Shown here one piece after another: positions 10,616 to 19,967 of a stretch of DNA of 64,000 nt. The DNA comes from an uncultured Chloroflexia bacterium (GTDB taxonomy: Bacteria > Chloroflexota > UBA6077 > JACCZL01). A model generated the notes under the pieces. That model was not told the DNA's origin and did no database searches. It saw only the letters and a list, made by a program, of their open reading frames with translations. Positions within the stretch are counted from its first letter, which is position 1, and every line of letters begins with the position of its first letter. The position numbers and the translations under genes were made by a program. The stretch covers positions 224,001-288,000 of the forward strand of contig CAVXYC010000032.1 of assembly GCA_963765765.1 (NCBI GenBank). Direction: 5' to 3'.

Positions 10616-10753
10616 TCAGCCTGGCTTCCTTACCATCCCTTCCTGACGCGCACGCTCTTCGTGTGGTCGGAGTCCGTGCTTGCCAATCTTCGGGGCAGCC
10701 TTCTTCTTCTGCGCCGTCTTGCCATTGTCGCGGCCCTTGGCTTTATCACCCAT
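10616..10753 (-). CDS. Small Lys-rich protein (45 aa), absent from ORF track
   Basis: MGDKAKGRDNGKTAQKKKAAPKIGKHGLRPHEERARQEGMVRKPG with AAGGAG RBS. Confidence 0.6.
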   Translation of the reverse strand: MGDKAKGRDNGKTAQKKKAAPKIGKHGLRPHEERARQEGMVRKPG

Positions 10754-10851
10754 GGGATTGCTCCTTGACGCTCATTGCGTTCGATTCGTCGGTCAATTGA
10801 GAAGAGCCCTGCCTGCCCGCGCGGGTTCGGGAGAGGCTCGCAATGGTTGGA

Positions 10852-11664
10852 CTACACCGGCACCGGACCTGGCGCGGAGGTACGACCATTGACTCGTTCC
10901 CCAGGATCCAAGAATCCGGCCAGCAGGTCCACTGGCAATGGGAAAACGATGGTGGAATTCTTCTCCGCGGCAATCTCGGTCAGCGTCTGCAGGTAGCGAA
11001 GCTGGAGTGCCGATGGCTGACCACCGATGACATGGGCTGCTGCCGCGAGCTGCTGGGACGCTTCGAACTCGCCCTGCGCGTGAATCACCTTGGCGCGCTT
11101 CTCCCGCTCGGCTTCCGCCTGACGCGCCATTGCCCGCTGCATCGTCTGGGGCAGCTCCACGTCGCGCACCTCCACGGCACTGACCTTAATCCCCCAGCTA
11201 TCGGTCTGCTCGTCGATGATCTGCTGAAGCCGCAGGTTAATGCGGTCTCGCTCGGATAGGAGCTGGTCCAGATCAGATTGGCCGAGGACGCTTCGCAGTG
11301 TGGTCTGAGCGATCAATGAGGTGGCGCGGATGTAGTCAAGCACCTGGACGATCGCTCGCTGTGGATCAACAACCTTGAAATACACCACGGCATTGACCTT
11401 TACCGTGACGTTGTCCTGAGTGATCGCTTCCTGCGACGGCACGTCCAGCGTGATCACCCGCAGATCGACCTTCTGCATACGCTCAATGACGGGGATGAGC
11501 AGAATCAAGCCGGGTCCCCGTGCGCCAACCAGACGGCCGAGTCGGAAGACCACGCCGCGCTCGTACTCCTGGACGATCTTAACGGCGGAGCTGAGCATGA
11601 CGAAGAAGGTGGCCGCCACGACGATGACCAGGATGAGATTGCTACTGAGAAGCTGATCGAGCAT
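10852..11664 (-). CDS. SPFH/slipin (stomatin-like) protein
   Basis: [42 protein letters not shown]. Confidence 0.95.
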   Translation of the reverse strand: MLDQLLSSNLILVIVVAATFFVMLSSAVKIVQEYERGVVFRLGRLVGARGPGLILLIPVIERMQKVDLRVITLDVPSQEAITQDNVTVKVNAVVYFKVVDPQRAIVQVLDYIRATSLIAQTTLRSVLGQSDLDQLLSERDRINLRLQQIIDEQTDSWGIKVSAVEVRDVELPQTMQRAMARQAEAEREKRAKVIHAQGEFEASQQLAAAAHVIGGQPSALQLRYLQTLTEIAAEKNSTIVFPLPVDLLAGFLDPGERVNGRTSAPGPVPV

Positions 11665-11812
11665 GGTGAGCCTCCTACCGCACGGTCGGCAGGCCCATCG
11701 ACGGGGAACCGGCCGGAATCCTGGTGACTCGACCGGTTTCGCAGTTCGCTCCACCCAACGTTCTAGCGATCCGGAGGGACGCGCGGGGCTTCTCAGCGCC
11801 TGAGACGCTGAT

Positions 11813-11877
11813 ATGGTAGCACAATCACATCATTGCTCCCACTCCTTGATGGCGTGCCCATCGCATTGTGCTAACAT
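11813..11877. promoter_or_regulatory. Mirror-image extended -10 elements / inverted repeat for divergent slipin and XRE genes
   Basis: ATGGTAGCACAAT (11813) and ATTGTGCTAACAT (11865); one mismatch; each reads TGTGCTA(C/A)CAT. Confidence 0.4.
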
Positions 11878-11907
11878 GGTGTTGAACTATCCCATGAAAG
11901 GCAACTC

Positions 11908-12159
11908 GTGACCTTTGCTGAGAATCTTCGACGACAGCGGATCGAGCACTTTCTATCGCAGAGCGAGCTCGCCCGCCGCGCCGGAATTCACGCGGTGACG
12001 ATCACTCGGCTAGAGGTAGGTACGACGGTTCCTTCGATGCGGACGGTGCGAGCGCTCGCTGAAGCGTTGGGAATCGAGCCACTTGACCTGGCTGCTCCCG
12101 AGGAGGTTGCGGAGGCGCGCCGGATCGGCGGTGTCCCGAACCGCCGTGCCAACGATTGA
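11908..12159 (+). CDS. XRE family helix-turn-helix regulator
   Basis: LSQSELARRAGIHAVTITRLEVG...P...TVRALAEAL. Confidence 0.9.
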   Translation: MTFAENLRRQRIEHFLSQSELARRAGIHAVTITRLEVGTTVPSMRTVRALAEALGIEPLDLAAPEEVAEARRIGGVPNRRAND

Positions 12160-12294
12160 TTGGACGAACGGAATGGCGGCACCGCAACCCAACGCGGCAA
12201 ATGAACGCCAAACAGCCTGGCAATCGAATACACAATGGGCGCCGTAATACGCGGTGTGCGATAAAGCCTCCCAGGGGAGCGGAAAGGACGTGTC

Positions 12295-12507
12295 ATGAAA
12301 ACGTGTCAGTCACGGGTAGGAAGCGCCTGTACTCAGGAGGCAACGTGGAAGCAAGAAGTGCGCATCGGAGATAAGCCGACAGGACGCCTGCTCTATTTTT
12401 CGTATTGGTGCGACGAGCACGCGGCGCGCATCGCAAAGCGCCGTGAAACGGAATTCATCACACCGGCAGCGATGACGCGACTGGCGGAGACGACCGAGGT
12501 TTCGTAA
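12295..12507 (+). CDS. Small hypothetical protein with C-x7-C...CxxH
   Basis: AAGGA RBS; possible Zn ligands. Confidence 0.5.
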   Translation: MKTCQSRVGSACTQEATWKQEVRIGDKPTGRLLYFSYWCDEHAARIAKRRETEFITPAAMTRLAETTEVS

Positions 12508-12634
12508 CGTCCGCGCCGGTCAGTTCGCCCGACGGACTAGACGAGCAACCGGACTATCCCTTCTATGATCGAGTCGATCAGGCCGCCATGCGAGAAGTCG
12601 CCGGCGATCAACGCAGGAAACAAGGACAGGAAAC

Positions 12635-12895
12635 ATGGCTATGACACTGAAAGATCGAGTAGAGGAAGCTCTCGAGAGCACCGGTATCCCTCGCGCAGGA
12701 GAGCAGCAGCGCGGGTGGCTCTCTGAATCTCGGCGACCCAATGTGCGACTGTACTGGGGATACGGCGAGCCGGTCATGAAGACCGCGGCGGCGCGCAGCT
12801 ATCTTTCACAGTGCTCTAACGTGCTTACCCGTGCGGGTTTCCAGGTGCGTGAGCCAGCGAAAGAAGACGGCACGTATATCGAGATACACGGGTAG
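12635..12895 (+). CDS. Hypothetical protein
   Basis: 86-aa ORF with AGGA RBS. Confidence 0.55.
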   Translation: MAMTLKDRVEEALESTGIPRAGEQQRGWLSESRRPNVRLYWGYGEPVMKTAAARSYLSQCSNVLTRAGFQVREPAKEDGTYIEIHG

Positions 12896-13101
12896 CAGCA
12901 CACGTTCCCTGATGGGGAACCGCTCGCTGGCGCTCCGGCACGCCTCGTGCCGAGCATTATGTTCCGTTGGGCATATGGTATGGTAATAGCACCGGCATGT
13001 TTCGCTAGCCCGTTCGCCGGGCTTGGCGCCGACCTCCTCAAAGAGGGTATCGGTCTCATCTCTTTCGTCCACGCTGACGAGGCCTGCCAAATACGTGCAG
13101 G

Positions 13102-13926
13102 GTGACGCCGATGTCCAACAATCCGGGATCTTCCAATCCGGGAACTTCGCCTTTTGTTGACGATGACCGACTCCTGGAGACGATCCAGCAGCTCCTGATC
13201 CTTACGGGGATCGAGCTAGGCCCCACGCTGGATCAAGCATCAACGTTAGTCGCTCGCGCCTGTGATGCTGACAAAGTCGACGTATTCATGTACGAGGCGG
13301 ACAAAGATAGCCTGGTTGCCCTGGGGACTAGCGATACTCCGATGGGCCAGAAGCAGCATGCCCTGGGTCTTGAACGGTTTCCCCGCGCCAATGCCGGGCC
13401 GCTGACTCGTGTCCTTGACTCAGGTGATCCTTATCTCACCGGCCACGCGGAGGATGACCCGAGTCAGCCACGCGGCGTGGTCGAGGAGCTGGGCGTTCGC
13501 AGCCAGGTGGACGTACCGCTCGAAGTGAACGGCGAGCGACGGGGTGTGCTGGCGGTGGTAAGCGCCAATCCGGACAAGTTCACTCAACGCGATCAGCGCT
13601 TTCTGCAGGCCGTGGCCGCATGGATCGGATTGATGATCCACCGAGCGCAGCTTATTGAGGAGCGCACAGTCGAGGCTGGCCGCCAGGGACGGCGTGATGC
13701 CGGCGACGAGGTGGCGCGCATCACCCGCCGACAACAAGAGGTGGCCGCGTGTATCGCGGAGGGGCTGACCAACGAGGAGATCGCTGAGCGGCTCACATTG
13801 ACGCCGGGCACCGTGGCCAACCACGTAGAGGGCATTCTGCGACGCCTGTCATTGCGTAATCGCACGAGTCTCGCCACCTGGGCGGTCGAGCGGGGAATCT
13901 ATCGATCCGGTTGGACCGAGGAGTAA
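13102..13926 (+). CDS. GAF domain-LuxR HTH regulator (paralog 3)
   Basis: DDDRLLETIQQLL...ADKVDVFMYEADKDSLVALGTSDTPMG...PGTVANH. Confidence 0.9.
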   Translation: MTPMSNNPGSSNPGTSPFVDDDRLLETIQQLLILTGIELGPTLDQASTLVARACDADKVDVFMYEADKDSLVALGTSDTPMGQKQHALGLERFPRANAGPLTRVLDSGDPYLTGHAEDDPSQPRGVVEELGVRSQVDVPLEVNGERRGVLAVVSANPDKFTQRDQRFLQAVAAWIGLMIHRAQLIEERTVEAGRQGRRDAGDEVARITRRQQEVAACIAEGLTNEEIAERLTLTPGTVANHVEGILRRLSLRNRTSLATWAVERGIYRSGWTEE

Positions 13927-14063
13927 ATCGAGAGTGCAGTGCGCGGGACCTGCTGTTGTGGCAGCGACAACTGAGCTTTCCCCGGCTTAGCTACTCCGAT
14001 CGGATTTACGATCGCGGGTGTCCGGTACAGGCACACTCGAGCTCGCCGATCAGGCACCGCGTC

Positions 14064-14519
14064 TCAGGCGTTTGAAGTAGCGGGCAATCTCGGCTCTTCG
14101 AGCACCGAGTCTGAAGGATGACGCGCCCCTCTGTGGACGAGCGAGTCGACCGTCTCCAGTAGTACATCCAGGTCAAACGGGATAGCGATGGTTCTCAAGA
14201 CTCGCGAGCCTGGCCTGGCCTGTGGGCGATCGGGATAATGGAGAGCCGTGGAGCAGATGAGGATAGGCAGATCGTCCAGTCGACGGTCTCGCTCCACCAT
14301 CCGCAGTAGATCATGACCCGGGAAGCCTGAGGGCCCTGGAGTGACAATTAACAGCGCTGGCTCCCGCGTCTCGAGCACCTCGATGGCCTCAGCGTCTCTC
14401 GAGCACAAAATTGTGCCGTAGCCGGCAAGCATCAGCGCCCGCGCAAAGAGTTCCCGGAGCGCCGCGTCGTCATTCACGACAAGCACCGTCTCGGGCCCTT
14501 GTGCATCCATTGCGATCAT
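14064..14519 (-). CDS. Atypical (pseudo)receiver domain protein
   Basis: VLVVNDD...PALLIVTPG (Asp replaced by Thr)...IAIPFDL (Lys replaced). Confidence 0.75.
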   Translation of the reverse strand: MIAMDAQGPETVLVVNDDAALRELFARALMLAGYGTILCSRDAEAIEVLETREPALLIVTPGPSGFPGHDLLRMVERDRRLDDLPILICSTALHYPDRPQARPGSRVLRTIAIPFDLDVLLETVDSLVHRGARHPSDSVLEEPRLPATSNA

Positions 14520-14673
14520 TAGAATGACAACTCCGCCACAATTATTGCAGCGGATCACCGAGCTGCCATCGGTAGTTCTGCACAATTGGCACGGATGGCT
14601 AAAGGAATCTCAACTCACGAAGACGAGCAAGCTCCACGACGAGGTCAGGACGACGAGATCACGCGAAAAGGCT

Positions 14674-15090
14674 TCAGCTCAACGGCACTGAGTCAGTGAA
14701 CATTCCCTGGGGAGCTGGTTTGCGCAGGTCACGCACTGCCGTCAAGGATCGCACCGTTGCAAGCAGCTGATCTGCATCGAAGGGTTTTTGCAGACATGCA
14801 GCCGCTCCCATGGTACTCGCCTGCTGCCGCGCGTCGTTCGCGGCGGAGAGCACGATGACCGGAATAGGAGCGAGGTGCGCATCACGGAGCTGCTCGGTGC
14901 GGAAGCCTCTCCCGTCGAGGACCGGCATCATCAGATCCAGAAGGATGACGGCCGGCTGCCAGTCACTGAGGATCTCGAGCGCTATTCGCCCATTGCTTGC
15001 CGTGCGAACTTCGTAACCGTCCTGATCGAGCACGATCTCCAGAACCTCGCGAATGGATGGATCGTCGTCAACGACGAGCGCCCGCATCAC
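14674..15090 (-). CDS. Response regulator receiver (canonical)
   Basis: LVVDDD, ILLDLMMP, QKPFD. Confidence 0.92.
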   Translation of the reverse strand: MMRALVVDDDPSIREVLEIVLDQDGYEVRTASNGRIALEILSDWQPAVILLDLMMPVLDGRGFRTEQLRDAHLAPIPVIVLSAANDARQQASTMGAAACLQKPFDADQLLATVRSLTAVRDLRKPAPQGMFTDSVPLS

Positions 15091-15455
15091 GCGAGCACGG
15101 CTCGCAGGCGTCGAAAGTCCTCGAGAAGTGCCAGTCGACGTGCGCCCACTGCTGGATTGAGCCGATCCGCCGGCGCGAGATTCGAGTAGTGGTCCAGATC
15201 GGCCAGCATGATCTGAACCGTGCGTGAGGCGGGCCAGTCGGCCGTGCCATAACCGAGATCAACTGGGGCTGCATCCCTCAGGCCGCCCTTCGTGAGTCGG
15301 TCTCGCAGGCCGGCAATCCAGGCCGTCAGCCTCGGTTCAGACGGCTCCTCGACGGCAATCCATTCCTTGGCGGAGAATTCGGTCGGCACGCGTGTTCCCC
15401 TGCGGTGGACCGCGCTGGGCGTCTCGCGCGATGAATTCAAATGTGATTCGGCCAT
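15087..15455 (-). CDS. Hypothetical protein
   Basis: Stop overlaps start of the receiver gene; plausible helical protein. Confidence 0.55.
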   Translation of the reverse strand: MAESHLNSSRETPSAVHRRGTRVPTEFSAKEWIAVEEPSEPRLTAWIAGLRDRLTKGGLRDAAPVDLGYGTADWPASRTVQIMLADLDHYSNLAPADRLNPAVGARRLALLEDFRRLRAVLA

Positions 15456-15620
15456 CAGGGATGAGCGGACATGGTAGCTCGGAGTACCAAAATTCCCGTG
15501 CCGCAGAGGCGCCAACCTCCCGCTGCAACGGCCGTTTCTACAATCATACACAGTATCGGCACCGAGAACGTATGCATACATGCATACGACCAAAGGCGTT
15601 ACGGTGACGACCTGTCGGAG

Positions 15621-16421
15621 CTAGCTATTCTCTTCCGAATCCGAGCCGTACACACCATGCTCAACGGCCCACGTGGCGATTTGCGTCCTGTTTTTAAGCC
15701 CGAGGCGGCGGAGAATAGCCTCAACGTGGTTGGCAACCGTGCCCGGTACGACCTCGAGCTGCGATGCAATCTCCTCATTGCTGAGTCCAGCGGCGATGGC
15801 GGCAGCAACCTCTCGCTGGCGGATCGTTAACCGGGCCAGCTCGTCGACGACCGCTCGTCGGGCTTTTCGAGCGGCTTCCCCAGCGATGGTGTCGACAAGC
15901 TCTGCACGGTGTGCCACCATCCCGACCCACCGAGCCACCGCCTCCAGGAAGCGGAGATCACGCTCATCGAAACGAGCGGGCGTATCAGCCATGGCTGCCA
16001 GGACACCGCGAGGCTGGTTAGCCACGGCCATGGGACAGAGGATCTCGCTTCGGACACCTAGCCCCTCGGTGATGCCCCGCAGCTCTTCCGGGTCCCGTTG
16101 CGCCTCAGTACTGAGATACGATGCACCGCTTTGATAGACGGCAACTGCACGACCGCCGTTGGCCAGCGGCTGACGGTCCAGTCCGATTTCGGCCTGGTGG
16201 CGACCCATCGGCGTATCGCTACTTCCAACGGCGACAAGGCTGGAGATCTCCGGCTGATACAGGAAGATATCAACCTTGTCTGCCCCAAGGGCGTCGGCGA
16301 CAAGCGTGGAAGCCTCTCCAAGAGCCGGTTTCAACTCCGGTTCTGAGATATCCAGGAGGCGTTCGAGTGTAGTCAGCAGGCGACTGTCAGCCTGTGGCGC
16401 GGAAAACGGAGATTCGCCCAT
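15621..16421 (-). CDS. GAF domain-LuxR HTH regulator (paralog 4)
   Basis: ADKVDIFLY...GSSDTPMG...GLDRQPLANGG...PGTVANH; AGGAG RBS. Confidence 0.9.
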   Translation of the reverse strand: MGESPFSAPQADSRLLTTLERLLDISEPELKPALGEASTLVADALGADKVDIFLYQPEISSLVAVGSSDTPMGRHQAEIGLDRQPLANGGRAVAVYQSGASYLSTEAQRDPEELRGITEGLGVRSEILCPMAVANQPRGVLAAMADTPARFDERDLRFLEAVARWVGMVAHRAELVDTIAGEAARKARRAVVDELARLTIRQREVAAAIAAGLSNEEIASQLEVVPGTVANHVEAILRRLGLKNRTQIATWAVEHGVYGSDSEENS

Positions 16422-16864
16422 GGCTAGCTCCTGCCCTTGACTGGGCAGGTCTCGTCAGCGAGGACGAAGAATTGAAACCGAGGCGATTTGCCCGGGTGCC
16501 ATGCCCGACGAGCGGGCCGGCGAAACGTGCCTGTACGGAGAAGTATACGCGACTTAGTGGCATACATTTCGCATAGAGACGACAAGGGCATCGCTCGAGC
16601 CAGTGCATCGCCTCAGGTCATTCGTTACCGATGACGCACCTGGCACGTTCCCTGCAGGGGCGCAACTCCGCGCACGGAGAGATATCGTCACCTGAAATGA
16701 GCTGAATGCGCTCGCCGATGAGCTTAACGTGCCTATGACCTGGGAGAGTTTGTCGGAATCGGCACGCAGGTTACTGGCCCTTGTCGACTCTCGGTGACAG
16801 GCATGATCCAAAGCTGCCTCATTACAGCGTAGCAACGCCACATGTGGCGGGAAGCGAGCTGATA

Positions 16865-17662
16865 TTGACACAGTCCCTGGTCCGATCGAATGATGACGAC
16901 CGCCTGCTGGAAACACTTCAGCAGCTCCTCAGTCTGGCGACGATTGATCTGCGATCCACGCTGGCACAGGCATCCACTGTCGTTGCCGACGCCCTGGGGG
17001 CGGATAAGGTTGATGTATTTCTCTACGAGGCGGACAAGGACAGCCTGGTGGCGCTGGGCACCAGCGACACCCCGATGGGTCACCAGCAGCACGCTCTGGG
17101 TCTGGACCGCTTTCCGCGCGCCAATGCCGGGCCGATCAACGACGTGTTCGAGACGGGGCAGCCCTACCACACCGGTCATGCCGATCAGGACCCGACGCAG
17201 CCCCGCGGCGTAGTCGACGCCCTCGGCGTTCGGAGTCAGCTCGATGTGGCTCTTGACGTGAACGGCAAACGGCGCGGAGTACTGAGCGCGGTGAGCGCCC
17301 AGCCTGACCGATTCACCGAGCGGGATTTGCGCTTCCTTGAAGCTGTGGCAGCCTGGATCGGCCTGCTGACCCACCGGGCGGAGCTGGTCGAGGAGGGCGC
17401 TCGCGAGGCCGGCCGCCAGGGCCGGCGCGAGGCGTCAGAGGAAGTGGCCCGCCTGACTCGTCGTCAACAGGAAGTGGCCGCCTGCGTGGCGGAAGGACTC
17501 ACCAACGACGAAATTGCCGAGCGGCTCGTGGTAACGCCCGGTACGGTGGCCAACCACATGGAGGACATTCTTCGCCGACTTCAGCTAAAAAACCGGTCGA
17601 GCCTGGCGACCTGGGCGGTGGAGCATGGCCTGTATCGCTCAAACTGGGACGATGACGAGTGA
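16865..17662 (+). CDS. GAF domain-LuxR HTH regulator (paralog 5)
   Basis: Closely similar to paralog 3; start uncertain (TTG 16865 or upstream). Confidence 0.9.
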   Translation: MTQSLVRSNDDDRLLETLQQLLSLATIDLRSTLAQASTVVADALGADKVDVFLYEADKDSLVALGTSDTPMGHQQHALGLDRFPRANAGPINDVFETGQPYHTGHADQDPTQPRGVVDALGVRSQLDVALDVNGKRRGVLSAVSAQPDRFTERDLRFLEAVAAWIGLLTHRAELVEEGAREAGRQGRREASEEVARLTRRQQEVAACVAEGLTNDEIAERLVVTPGTVANHMEDILRRLQLKNRSSLATWAVEHGLYRSNWDDDE

Positions 17663-17805
17663 ATCAGCCCTGTTCAGTCAATTGGCTCGGCACGCGGGAC
17701 CACCGACAGGATGTCAGCCGTCCGGGGTTCGGCGGCGATGTGTGAATGAGAGACCGAGCGGCGTGCTAGCATCGTCGTGCCCTGTGTTTCGCTGGGCCAA
17801 CGTAT

Positions 17806-18355
17806 ATGCGAGTAGTGTTTCTTTACGGGCCACCGGGCGTGGGCAAGCTCACCGTGGGCACTGCGCTATCCGCGGTGACCGGCATCAAGCTCGTCCACAA
17901 CCATCTCTCGGTCAACCTTGCTTCGGCGCTCTTTCCATTTCAATCTGCACCCTGGCGTCGGCTGCTGCGCCAGATACGGCGAGACGTCCTGGCGGAGGCT
18001 ACGAAGGAGGATGTTGACCTCATCGTGACAGGGAATTACGCTGGCGATCCCATTGGGGCAGAAGGATGGCGTCTGATCCTGGATCCCGTCCGGGCAGGTG
18101 GCGGGCAGGTCTTGTCTGTCCAGCTTGTGTGCGATCGCCAGGAGCTGGACATCCGAGTCCAAAACGAGTCCCGACGGGTGTACGAGAAGCTTATGGACCC
18201 CGCGGTGCTGGCCGTCGATCGCTGAGCGATCTGGATTATTTGCATCGTTACCATTCCAGCCACTGCTGAAACTCGATACGACGCGGCTCTCGCCGGCGGA
18301 AGCGGCCGCCGCGATCGCTGAGCACTACGACCTTTCGGGCCGCCTGAGCACCTGA
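17806..18355 (+). CDS. P-loop small-molecule kinase / AAA family (frameshifted near 18220)
   Basis: GPPGVGKLT Walker A, HNH motif; C-terminus LKLDTTRLSPAEAAAAI in another frame. Confidence 0.8.
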
Positions 18356-18393
18356 TTCCGCGCGAACCGCGATGCCTATACTGCGCCACATCA

Positions 18394-18429
18394 GAGCGGC
18401 TCCCTCTCCCCTGGGAGAGGGAGCCGCTC
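18394..18429. terminator. 17-bp perfect hairpin between convergent kinase genes
   Basis: GAGCGGCTCCCTCTCCC-ct-GGGAGAGGGAGCCGCTC. Confidence 0.55.
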
Positions 18430-18958
18430 AAGCTTCAAGCGAAATCAGCCATCGTTCAACTTCTGCCGCTAGTTCATCTGTCTGACGGTGAGCCGTTTCC
18501 ACGATGAGATGCGGGTCCACAATCGCGTAAGCCATCTCCGGCAGCATGCGCGTTCTCGCCGCTTCGAAATCATCCCAGGTGGTGACGTGGTGGGCCGGCA
18601 GGGCGAGCAATCGGCGCGCCATGATCCGCGCTCGAATTACCTCCTCGTCGGCGCAGCTGCATTCGACGATGGCGATGGTCGCACCAGTCTCGGCGGCGAT
18701 GCTGCGTGCCAGGTCGTAGACCCAGCCAAAGGTAAAGGGGCTATCGCAGATGACGCTAAAACCCTGAAGAAGCTGCCGACGGGCGATACGGAGCATCACC
18801 TCGTACGCCAGCCGACCTGAGTCTGGGGCACGCAGATCGATGACGTCCTTGACGTCATCCTTGTCGATCAGCGGCCAGTCCATTCGCAGACCGAGTGCGC
18901 GGCTCAGCGCGCTCTTGCCGCTACCCGGCAATCCGCGCATCAAGACAAGCCAGGGCAT
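18428..18958 (-). CDS. AAA_33-like P-loop kinase
   Basis: MRGLPGSGKS, IDKDD, VICDSP. Confidence 0.85.
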   Translation of the reverse strand: MPWLVLMRGLPGSGKSALSRALGLRMDWPLIDKDDVKDVIDLRAPDSGRLAYEVMLRIARRQLLQGFSVICDSPFTFGWVYDLARSIAAETGATIAIVECSCADEEVIRARIMARRLLALPAHHVTTWDDFEAARTRMLPEMAYAIVDPHLIVETAHRQTDELAAEVERWLISLEA

Positions 18959-19297
18959 TTGGCCCGATTGTACTGGTCTTACTGTGCACCGCGTCTCTCT
19001 GCCCACGAGTCTCCCGGCGTTCGGGCGCGGACCTCTGTCACCGTCACTCGAGGTGCAAGCGATTTGACCGCCCTTGGCGTAGTGCCGATGACGAAGGTTG
19101 AGGCGGTGAATCTGAGTGCCGTTCGGGAAATGCCGGCGAAATCGGGGGGATCGCTATTCTGGACGAGTCCACGGTTACGAACGACAACGATTTTGATATC
19201 GGCTGCTTTGATCCGAATGGGAACAACGTTGGAAAAGGGCTAAAAACTCAGCTCCTCATCATCAAATCGGATACCCCGCTGCTCCAGGAGTAAGCCC

Positions 19298-19391
19298 GTT
19301 CCTAGTGCGCATGTATTCCGCCATGCTTCAGCGAATTCCTCGAATCAGGCAGTTTGTTAGAAAACCGGCGGAATACATGCGCACTAGGAAC
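19298..19391. repeat. 25-bp perfect inverted repeat (MITE/REP-like)
   Basis: GTTCCTAGTGCGCATGTATTCCGCC ... GGCGGAATACATGCGCACTAGGAAC. Confidence 0.7.
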
Positions 19392-19508
19392 AGAGTTTCG
19401 CGTCTCCGGTAGCAGTAAGTGCTTGCCATAATATGCATTTCCGCAGATGTCGATTGCGAGCAGAGTCAACATAATGGTTCCACAAGTATTCGTCGATAAG
19501 GACTGTCA

Positions 19509-19937
19509 TTGCTTTCAACGCCGTCCGGAACGGTTCTCATTGTCGAATACGACGATGCCGTTCTAGAACTCTTTACCCAAGTGCTGGGGACCGCCGGTTA
19601 CGCGGCGATCCCTTGCTCTGACGATGAGCAAGCCATTGAGCTCCTCCAGGACTCCGTACCAAACCTTCTCGTGCTCAACCCCGGCCCAGCGGGCCTAAGT
19701 CAGGAATTTGTGCAGGCAATAGACGACGATCCGCGACTCAGTGATCTGCCCATCCTGATCTGCGCCACATCGCCGCGGCACCTCGAGCGCTCCCAATGGC
19801 GCCATTCGCGCCAGTGGGGGACCGTCTCGAAGCCGTTCGACCTGCCCGCACTTCTTAATGTCGTCGACTCGCTCGCGAGCCGCTCGCCCCAGAGCTCAGG
19901 AGCGGAGTACTCCAGCTCATACATGAGCGCCAACTAA
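19509..19937 (+). CDS. Atypical (pseudo)receiver, paralog of 14064-14519
   Basis: PNLLVLNPG (Asp replaced by Asn), RLSDLPILIC, SKPFDL. Confidence 0.75.
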   Translation: MLSTPSGTVLIVEYDDAVLELFTQVLGTAGYAAIPCSDDEQAIELLQDSVPNLLVLNPGPAGLSQEFVQAIDDDPRLSDLPILICATSPRHLERSQWRHSRQWGTVSKPFDLPALLNVVDSLASRSPQSSGAEYSSSYMSAN

Positions 19938-19967
19938 CAAAGCGGCTCGGGCCAGGCCGATCCACCA

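Noticed and set aside
9636-12895. Prophage
   Set aside because: No integrase, terminase, capsid or replication genes
13102-17662. Diversity-generating retroelement or gene-conversion cassettes among GAF-LuxR copies
   Set aside because: No reverse transcriptase; differences are spread across codons rather than adenine-specific
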